Below, in pieces: positions 25,341-30,610 of a stretch of DNA of 32,000 nt (its first letter is position 1; each line of letters opens with the position of its first letter). Made by a program: the position numbers and the translations under genes. This DNA comes from Patescibacteria group bacterium. GTDB taxonomy: Bacteria; Patescibacteriota; Patescibacteriia; 2-01-FULL-39-33. The DNA is taken from positions 60,001 through 92,000 of the forward strand of contig JBAZMW010000004.1 in the NCBI GenBank assembly GCA_041649575.1, written 5' to 3'. The notes beneath the pieces were generated by a model. It searched no databases. It was not told the origin of the DNA and saw nothing but the letters and a program-made list of their open reading frames with translations.

Positions 25341-25369
25341 GGGACGCGAGATCTCGGAAATCGCGCCCC
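25341..25369. terminator. hairpin terminator between the convergent lipoprotein gene and the pilin-like array
   Basis: GGGACGCGA-gatctcggaaa-TCGCGCCCC. On the minus strand the single non-canonical pair becomes a G-U wobble and the stem is followed by CTTTTGTT. Confidence 0.55.
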
Positions 25370-25393
25370 TTGAAATTTTTATTACAGACGAGA

Positions 25394-25807
25394 TTAAGGC
25401 GTACCTGTTCCAGTAGAGGCTCTGTTTAGCTGATCGACGATAAAATAAGAGATGGAGTAGGAAGCTAAGACGATCACTAGTCCAATGGTAGCGGCGATAA
25501 TAATATCTTTGGCTTTTTTGACTTTTCCATCGTCGCCGCTAGCGATCATCCAGATGAAGCCGGCATAGATAATAAGCATGATGAAGATGACGCCGAGAAT
25601 TCCCAAGGCTACGCCGATTATTCTGCCGACAGCGATAGGCAGAGCGTTTTCACTGGCGTCGCCGCCCAGGCCGGAATTTTCTTTGACGGTATTAAGTTTG
25701 TCTAACATGCCGGTACTGGCCAAGGAGACGGCCGGCAGGCAAAACAAAGACATGACTACCAGCAAAACGATCGCGATGACGATTTTTTTTATTAATATTT
25801 TTTTCAT
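25394..25807 (-). CDS. VirB2/TrbC-like small two-TM secreted membrane protein (pilin-like paralog 1)
   Basis: 137 aa. Signal peptide ending SLA-STG, a variable segment, TM1, the loop YAGFIWMIASGDDGKVKKAKDII, TM2, and the tail NRASTGTGTP. Confidence 0.6.
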   Translation of the reverse strand: MKKILIKKIVIAIVLLVVMSLFCLPAVSLASTGMLDKLNTVKENSGLGGDASENALPIAVGRIIGVALGILGVIFIMLIIYAGFIWMIASGDDGKVKKAKDIIIAATIGLVIVLASYSISYFIVDQLNRASTGTGTP

Positions 25808-25839
25808 AAGTTGGTGTCGACTTTAATTATTTAGGTTGT

Positions 25840-26220
25840 TTATTTGATTCCCATGGCCGACATGACAAAAATTGTGATGCTGTAAGAGGCCAAGACAATT
25901 ACTAGTCCAATGGTAGCGGCAATGATGATATCTTTAGCTTTTTTAATTTTGCTTTCTTCGCCCGAAGCGGTCATCCACAGGAAACCGGCATAAATTATAA
26001 GGATGATAAAGATGACGGCCAGCATGGACAAAAGGGCGCTGATCATCTGGCCGACCACCACTTCAATGGTTCCAGATTTTTTAAGGGCATCAGGCGCAGC
26101 CGAGTCGAGGCCGGCCACTGGTGTTAAATCGGCTGCCAGCGAAAGAGAAGGAAAAATTAAAAAGGCCAAGAGAAACAGGAAGACTATTATTTTTTTTGAT
26201 TTTAGACAAGAGAAGTTCAT
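25840..26220 (-). CDS. VirB2/TrbC-like pilin-like paralog 2
   Basis: The track ORF extends to 26274 using a GTG that lies inside a strong hairpin. I prefer the ATG at 26220 (MNFSCLKSKKIIVFLFLL..., 126 aa). Loop YAGFLWMTASGEESKIKKAKDII. The 23-aa block KKAKDIIIAATIGLVIVLASYSI is identical to paralog 1. Confidence 0.6.
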   Translation of the reverse strand: MNFSCLKSKKIIVFLFLLAFLIFPSLSLAADLTPVAGLDSAAPDALKKSGTIEVVVGQMISALLSMLAVIFIILIIYAGFLWMTASGEESKIKKAKDIIIAATIGLVIVLASYSITIFVMSAMGIK

Positions 26221-26247
26221 GGAGTGTTTGGCGGTTGAAATTGGAAC

Positions 26248-26271
26248 GGGGAAGGGGTAGGCCCCTTCCCC
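26248..26271 (-). promoter_or_regulatory. perfect 10-bp G/C-rich intercistronic stem-loop between paralogs 3 and 2
   Basis: GGGGAAGGGG-tagg-CCCCTTCCCC read directly. No U-run follows on the minus strand, so it is not a classical terminator. Confidence 0.5.
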
Positions 26272-26285
26272 CACAACTATTTACT

Positions 26286-26672
26286 TTATGGATTGCCAGC
26301 GCCAGTAGCAGTAGCAATTTGACTGATGACGAAGGCGGCGATAGCCCAGGCCGCCAAGATAATCACTAAACCGATAATGCCGGAATAAATTAATTTTTTG
26401 GCTTTCTCAACTTTTTCATCAGCACCAGCGGCGGTCATCCAAATGAAACCGCCCCAGAGGATCAAGAGAACAGCGATAATACCCAAAATTCCCAAAATCG
26501 CATTAATAGCTAAAGAGATGGTCTCGGTCAGGTCTTGTTTGCCTAGCTGGACGTTCTCGAGGTTATTTAAGCCGAAGTTCGTATCAGCCGGACTAGCCAG
26601 AACCACTGCCGGCAAAGCGAAAGCTGTCAAAGCGGCGACTGCCAGTAAAGTTCCGATAATTCTTTTTTTCAT
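26286..26672 (-). CDS. VirB2/TrbC-like pilin-like paralog 3
   Basis: 128 aa. Signal peptide ending VLA-SPA, loop WGGFIWMTAAGADEKVEKAKKLI, and a strong Shine-Dalgarno (AAGGGGGTG). Confidence 0.6.
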   Translation of the reverse strand: MKKRIIGTLLAVAALTAFALPAVVLASPADTNFGLNNLENVQLGKQDLTETISLAINAILGILGIIAVLLILWGGFIWMTAAGADEKVEKAKKLIYSGIIGLVIILAAWAIAAFVISQIATATGAGNP

Positions 26673-26747
26673 TATTTCACCCCCTTTCTATATCGCGCTT
26701 ATTTTATGAAATTTAACGCGAGATTTATTTTTTATTTGACTGACTTT

Positions 26748-26756
26748 ATTATAGCA
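26748..26756 (-). promoter_or_regulatory. extended -10 element TGCTATAAT (minus strand) upstream of paralog 3
   Basis: Plus-strand ATTATAGCA at 26748-26756, inside the 110-bp AT-rich gap between paralogs 4 and 3. Confidence 0.45.
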
Positions 26757-26782
26757 TATTTGGCCATTAGTCAGACTAGCAG

Positions 26783-27196
26783 TTATCCACCAAAGCAGGG
26801 GCCTGTTTGATTTAGAGCCGGAATACTGCTGTTGCCGTAAATGGCGCCAATGGCCACGCTGATTAAGGTATAAGCTAGAAAAATAATGACAAGGCCAATA
26901 ACGGTGGCGATAATAACCCCCCTACCCGATTGAATTTGCGATTCTTTGCCGTAGGCGGTGAGCCAGAGTAGCCCGCCGTAGATAAACATCAGTAGCGCAA
27001 TAGTGCCGCTTAGGCCGGTAATCAAGTCGGCGGCTTTGACCAGGACGGTGATGATGTCGCAGGGATTACAGTTTTCGGCGGTGCCGCTGCAATTTTCCGG
27101 GATTAATCCGTCAGCCAAGGCTGGGCCGACAAAAGCCGAGACGGCGAGCGCAGTCAAAACAAAAATTAAGAGCAGCTTAGATTTGGTCTTCTTCAT
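26783..27196 (-). CDS. VirB2/TrbC-like pilin-like paralog 4 (Cys-containing variant)
   Basis: 137 aa. Signal peptide ending ALA-DGL. The exposed segment is ENCSGTAENCNPCD. Loop YGGLLWLTAYGKESQIQSGRGVI. C-terminal tail ends GPCFGG. The ATG overlaps the SBP stop (ATGA at 27193-27196). Confidence 0.55.
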   Translation of the reverse strand: MKKTKSKLLLIFVLTALAVSAFVGPALADGLIPENCSGTAENCNPCDIITVLVKAADLITGLSGTIALLMFIYGGLLWLTAYGKESQIQSGRGVIIATVIGLVIIFLAYTLISVAIGAIYGNSSIPALNQTGPCFGG

Positions 27197-28560
27197 TTAA
27201 AGGTTTGGTTAATTTTGGAGATGGCTGTTTTGACGATGTCGTTAAACTCTTTTTCCTCGGTGGCTTTGAGCAGATTTTCCGTCATTTCTTTGAAAGCATT
27301 TTCGGCCGCTAGCGGGTCTTTGCCTTCGTACCAGTTGGTGGCTGTCAGTGTTTGCACGGCTGAAGCATGGAGATCCTCATCTTCCAGCTGACTGTTAATC
27401 AGAGACTTGAGAGCGGCCGGGCGATTGGTTTTGTTGAGGAATTTTTTGACTTGTTCTTCCTGATTGGCAAAGATGACAAAGTCCCAGGCTTCATTGGTAT
27501 TTTTTGATTTTTTGGAAACAGTCTCGATAAAATAGTTGGCGTAGTTTTTGGGATTATCGGGATTAACTTGAGGCAAAGGGGCAACGCCCAGATTTAGCTT
27601 GGGAGCTTGAGCGCGGATGATGGGAATAGAATAATTGTAGCCAAAAATGAAGCCGACTTTGCCAGAGAGAAAGGCTGCCAAAGAATCGGGCAGATCCGAA
27701 TTCCAGCAATAAACGTTTTTGGTGGGTGAGGCGAAATCAAGGTAGAATTTGATGGCTTCCAGTCCTGGATTATAGTTTTTGTCTTTGGTTTTACTGATGA
27801 TGGCGTAGCCGCTAGCATCGGTCATGACGGCATCGTTTTGCAGCATTAGAATAGAGAGGATATCGAAACTGCGGCTGACATTGTAGCCGGTACCCAGAGC
27901 TGTTCCTGATTGGATAATATTGTTTTCCTTGTCAAAACGGTTGATTTTTTGGACCGCGTCCTGAAAGCTCTTCCAGTCGGTCGGTGGCGTAGTTATCGCC
28001 GATTTATTGAGAATGTCGCGGTTGTAGAGCATGATCAGGCTCTCCAGGCTCAAAGGCAGACCATAAATTTTGTTATCCAGCACCAGGTTTTTGTAAACAA
28101 TTTCCGCGTAGTCGTCTTTGATTTGCCGTAGGCTTAAGGTTTTTTTGGTTCTTAGCTCTGCCACCGTTTCTTTTTTGATGGTTCCTTTTATGACCTGATA
28201 GGCCATGGTGATTTCTTCCGGCATCGGCTCGATTTTGGCCTGATATTTGCGCAAGAGGTTTTCGTTGAGGGAAAAAATATCCGGTCCGCGGTCTTCGGCC
28301 AGAGCGTCTAAAAGCTCCTGCTCGTATTCTTCCGGCCGGAATTTGCGGTAATTAATGTTGATATTGGGATGGAGCTCGCGATAGGCCTTGATGATTTCGC
28401 TAAAAGCGTCTTCGTCGTCGTAGAGCCGCCAGTATTCCAGGGTGATCGGTTTTTGGTGTTCTTTAACCTCACCGCTGGGGCTTTTGCAGCCAAAACCGGA
28501 GGTAATCAAAAAAATAAAGATTAAAAATAAAGGCAGGATTTTCAAAAAGTTATTTTTCAT
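27193..28560 (-). CDS. extracellular solute-binding protein (ABC-type family 1, sugar-type), probable lipoprotein, with no cognate permease or ATPase nearby
   Basis: 455 aa. N-terminus MKNNFLKILPLFLIFIFLITSGFG-C. ITLEYWRLYDDEDAFSEIIKAYRELHPNINI and the overall layout are typical of family-1 SBPs. Confidence 0.75.
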   Translation of the reverse strand: MKNNFLKILPLFLIFIFLITSGFGCKSPSGEVKEHQKPITLEYWRLYDDEDAFSEIIKAYRELHPNININYRKFRPEEYEQELLDALAEDRGPDIFSLNENLLRKYQAKIEPMPEEITMAYQVIKGTIKKETVAELRTKKTLSLRQIKDDYAEIVYKNLVLDNKIYGLPLSLESLIMLYNRDILNKSAITTPPTDWKSFQDAVQKINRFDKENNIIQSGTALGTGYNVSRSFDILSILMLQNDAVMTDASGYAIISKTKDKNYNPGLEAIKFYLDFASPTKNVYCWNSDLPDSLAAFLSGKVGFIFGYNYSIPIIRAQAPKLNLGVAPLPQVNPDNPKNYANYFIETVSKKSKNTNEAWDFVIFANQEEQVKKFLNKTNRPAALKSLINSQLEDEDLHASAVQTLTATNWYEGKDPLAAENAFKEMTENLLKATEEKEFNDIVKTAISKINQTFK

Positions 28561-28594
28561 GGGTCTAGCTTTAGTTTTTTTGGTTGATACTTAT

Positions 28595-28603
28595 ATTATA
28601 ACA
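28595..28603 (-). promoter_or_regulatory. extended -10 element TGTTATAAT (minus strand) upstream of the SBP gene
   Basis: Plus-strand ATTATAACA at 28595-28603, about 35 nt upstream of the SBP ATG. Confidence 0.4.
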
Positions 28604-28816
28604 AGAAAACCGGGACGAGTGCAATTCGTCAGGGTTTTTGTGTTTAGTGAGGGGAAATTAAAAGAGGTTTTGATTTTCTAAAGAAACGCGGCAGTTATTG
28701 TTTTTGTTAAATCATAGGTCGAATTTGGCAGAGTTGACTGTTAAGAAACAATAATGCTAGGATAACATCTTGTGATAGATTCTGGTTCAGCGCACCTTAC
28801 AAAGGAGGATCCGGCC

Positions 28817-29848
28817 ATGAAGACCATCCAGGTAAAAAGGCTTTTTCCAGACGCCCAGATTCCGGTACGTGCTTCTAACGGAGCCGTGGGGTTTGACGTC
28901 TTCGCCTACGGCGTGCTTGATATGGAGACTAAGGAATACGCGGGAGAATTGCCTTTTGTTTTGCTTCCTGGCAAAAGGATTTTGATTGGTATTGGCGTTT
29001 CCTTTGCCTTGCCTTGGCCCGTTGAGTGTCAGGTTCGTCCGCGTAGCGGCCTGGCCAACAGATACGGGATTGAGCTTGGCAACTCCCCCGGGACAATCGA
29101 TCCGGATTTCCGCGGCAACATAGGGGTACTGCTGACTAACCGCAGCGATGAGCCATTCACCATCACCAAGGGCATGCGGATAGCTCAACTGATCTTCGCC
29201 GACGTGAAAACCCCGGTTTTTGAGGAAGTCGCCGAATTGTCGGCGACCAGACGGGGAGCCGGCGGCTTCGGCTCCACCGGCCTAGGGGCGGTTCGCGAGG
29301 GAACCACGGAGTATTTTCGGTTGGTCGCGGAGCAAGACAGGTTCTATATGAAGATGGCTATTGCGGCCGCCAACCGCTCCAATTGCGCCCGTGGCTGTCA
29401 GAAAGATGGCAATGGGCGCTATCTTCGCGACAAGGATGGCGGGCTGATCGGACAAACGCGCAAGTTTGGCTGCGTGATAGTCAAGGGGGACAATGTCGTC
29501 TCTATTGGCTATAACGCTCAAGCTCCCGGTCAGCCGCTCTGCGCCGATGTCGGCTGTCTGCGCGAAGCAGAAGGCATCGCTTCCGGTACGCGAATTGAGC
29601 GGTGTCGCGCCGTTCACGCCGAAGATCACGCCTTTCTGAAGATGTTGGCCAGCGGAGTCGCTGCGTCCACCGTGGGCGCCACGATGTATGTGACTTCAGA
29701 GCCATGCGAGGTCTGTGCCAAGTCTATCGCCGGATCGGGCGTGGACACACTGGTGGTGCTGGAGGGCGTCTACCCCACAAATGGCATCCAGATCGTCAGA
29801 GATGCCGGAGTCAACATCCGTTTTGTCAAGCAGGAAGCGGTGATGTAG
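28817..29848 (+). CDS. fusion protein: trimeric dUTPase (N-terminal) + dCMP/cytidine deaminase zinc-binding domain (C-terminal)
   Basis: The track ORF starts at GTG 28772. I prefer ATG 28817, which is preceded by AAAGGAGGA (343 aa). dUTPase motifs: GFDV, RPRSGLA, GTIDPDFRGNIGV, RIAQLIF, RRGAGGFGSTG. Deaminase motifs: AVHAEDHA and SEPCEVCAKSI. G+C is 37/60 in a hand-counted sample at 29041-29100. Confidence 0.8.
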   Translation: MKTIQVKRLFPDAQIPVRASNGAVGFDVFAYGVLDMETKEYAGELPFVLLPGKRILIGIGVSFALPWPVECQVRPRSGLANRYGIELGNSPGTIDPDFRGNIGVLLTNRSDEPFTITKGMRIAQLIFADVKTPVFEEVAELSATRRGAGGFGSTGLGAVREGTTEYFRLVAEQDRFYMKMAIAAANRSNCARGCQKDGNGRYLRDKDGGLIGQTRKFGCVIVKGDNVVSIGYNAQAPGQPLCADVGCLREAEGIASGTRIERCRAVHAEDHAFLKMLASGVAASTVGATMYVTSEPCEVCAKSIAGSGVDTLVVLEGVYPTNGIQIVRDAGVNIRFVKQEAVM

Positions 29849-29869
29849 GGTATATAAGGTCTTTGACAC

Positions 29870-29908
29870 GAGGGTTGTCCGTTTGACACGGGCACCCCTC
29901 TCTTTTTG
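29870..29908 (+). terminator. rho-independent terminator of the dUTPase-deaminase gene
   Basis: GAGGGTTGTCCG-tttgaca-CGGGCACCCCTC (10 Watson-Crick pairs, 1 wobble, 1 mismatch) followed by TCTTTTTG. Confidence 0.6.
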
Positions 29909-29912
29909 TTTA

Positions 29913-29937
29913 CAAAAAAAACAGCTCTTAGGAGCTG
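29913..29937 (-). terminator. rho-independent terminator for the minus-strand tRNA transcription unit
   Basis: On the minus strand: CAGCTC-ctaa-GAGCTG followed by a T run (plus-strand A run at 29913-29921). Confidence 0.65.
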
Positions 29938-29948
29938 AATGTAAAAAT

Positions 29949-29968
29949 TGGCGGAGAGGGAGGGATTT
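29949..29968 (-). repeat. displaced copy of the tRNA-Ser 3' end (T-loop to discriminator) with encoded CCA
   Basis: Plus-strand TGG-CGGAGAGGGAGGGATTT. The 17 nt at 29952-29968 are identical to 30131-30147 inside the intact tRNA. Only this copy is followed by CCA. Confidence 0.8.
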
Positions 29969-30130
29969 CTCGTCGTCCCGTCTTCGGCGGGGCTCTGTCC
30001 TGGGTTGGCGCCAATCATTCACCGGATGATTGGCGGCGTTCGCCTTCGGCTCACTGCCAACCCGTTCAAATCCCAGCCTTTCTGTCGAAAGGCAAATTTT
30101 ACTCCCGCTTCGCGGGGTAAAATTTTCCTT
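29969..30130 (-). other. 162-nt GC-rich, hairpin-dense segment of unknown nature between the tRNA and its displaced 3' fragment
   Basis: Minus-strand hairpins read directly. (1) UUUUACCCCGC-gaa-GCGGGaGUAAAA. (2) GCCUUUC-GACA-GAAAGGC, with a GNRA loop. (3) GGGUUGGC...GCCAACCC, which encloses GCC-gaa-GGC and GCCAAUCAU-ccgguga-AUGAUUGGC. (4) CCCG-ccgaaga-CGGG. There is no ORF of credible composition. Confidence 0.35.
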
Positions 30131-30217
30131 CGGAGAGGGAGGGATTTGAACCCTCGAGACCCTTTCAGGCCTATCGCTTTTCGAGAGCGACCTATTCAAC
30201 CACTCTAGCACCTCTCC
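30131..30217 (-). tRNA. tRNA-Ser (anticodon CGA), class II with a long variable arm, CCA not encoded
   Basis: Folded by hand. Acceptor GGAGAGG/CCTCTCC. D arm CTA...TAG with GG in the loop. Anticodon stem TCGCT/AGCGA with loop CTCGAAA. 18-nt variable arm. T arm GAGGG-TTCAAAT-CCCTC. Discriminator G. 87 nt in total. Confidence 0.9.
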
Positions 30218-30230
30218 ATGTTTGTTATTT

Positions 30231-30488
30231 TTATTTTTCCAATATAACCGTTTTTATTCTTGTCTTTAAGACTCTTCTCCCTTGACCGGTTTTATAAAAT
30301 AACTCTTGATTTCTGGCATCTTTCTCATATTTGAAAGCCTCGTAATATATAATCTCTAATGGCCTTCTATTTCTTGTGCTTTCAACTTTTCCGGAAGCGT
30401 GTTCCATAAACCTCCTTCTTAAGTCGCTAGTATACCCAATATACAGTTTTTTATCATACTGACTTTTAAGGATATAAACAAAAAACAT
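30231..30488 (-). CDS. small stand-alone GIY-YIG (URI-domain) nuclease
   Basis: The track ORF starts at TTG 30509. I prefer ATG 30488 (85 aa): MFFVYILKSQYDKKLYIGYTSDLRRRFMEHASGK, with GIY-like and YIG motifs and the conserved R, E and N further on. The stop is 13 nt upstream of the tRNA 5' end. Confidence 0.8.
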   Translation of the reverse strand: MFFVYILKSQYDKKLYIGYTSDLRRRFMEHASGKVESTRNRRPLEIIYYEAFKYEKDARNQELFYKTGQGRRVLKTRIKTVILEK

Positions 30489-30510
30489 TATTATTTTTAG
30501 TTTTATCAAC

Positions 30511-30579
30511 TCCGCTCAGCCTGCCCGCTCAAGAATCTGAGCGGGCTGGTGAGCGGACCCGCTCGCTCCGCCGAGCGGG
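30511..30579 (-). other. 69-nt GC-rich double-hairpin module upstream of the GIY-YIG gene
   Basis: Plus-strand pairs: TCCGCTCA (30511-18) with TGAGCGGA (30550-57). These enclose GCCCGCTCA (30523-31) paired with TGAGCGGGC (30538-46). Next comes CCCGCTCG (30558-65) paired with CGAGCGGG (30572-79). The GAGCGG/CCGCTC motif recurs. No U-run follows. Confidence 0.4.
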
Positions 30580-30597
30580 CACTCTAGCACCTATCCA
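30580..30597 (-). repeat. displaced copy of the tRNA-Ser 5' end (nt -1 to 17), 17/18 identical
   Basis: Minus strand TGGATAGGTGCTAGAGTG, against TGGAGAGGTGCTAGAGTG at 30218-30201. The copies are 379 bp apart. This copy lies 13 nt after the stop of the O-antigen-ligase-like gene. Confidence 0.75.
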
Positions 30598-30610
30598 CAA
30601 CAATTAACCT

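Noticed and set aside
26221-26274. GTG-initiated N-terminal extension of pilin-like paralog 2 (MGEGAYPFPVPISTAKHS...)
   Set aside because: The extension is encoded by the 10-bp G/C hairpin itself. The downstream ATG at 26220 gives a normal signal peptide like those of the other paralogs.
28787-29629. 133-aa and 115-aa minus-strand ORFs inside the dUTPase-deaminase gene
   Set aside because: They are antisense shadows of a gene with unambiguous enzyme motifs on the plus strand.
30038-30056. Hammerhead-ribozyme-like string CAGUGAGCCGAAGGCGAAC on the minus strand
   Set aside because: It only loosely resembles CUGAUGA-stem-GAAA-stem-CGAAAC. Two near-invariant core nucleotides are missing or changed, and there is no matching stem I/III with a cleavage triplet.
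29949-30130. tmRNA or other tRNA-like RNA, suggested by the structured segment ending in a tRNA 3' end plus CCA
   Set aside because: The acceptor sequence is that of tRNA-Ser, with no G3:U70 alanine identity pair. No local 5' partner strand exists, and I found no tag-peptide reading frame or resume codon context.
29696-30211. 171-aa minus-strand ORF spanning the end of the dUTPase-deaminase gene, both terminators, the structured element and most of the tRNA
   Set aside because: It runs straight through a tRNA gene and two terminator hairpins. Its composition is that of GC-rich non-coding or antisense sequence.
30219-30579. Group I intron carrying the GIY-YIG ORF inside the tRNA gene
   Set aside because: The tRNA downstream is complete and uninterrupted. 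The insertion point is the D-loop, not the anticodon loop. The structured part (69 nt) is far too small for a group I core, and I could not identify any P7/P3-type pairings.
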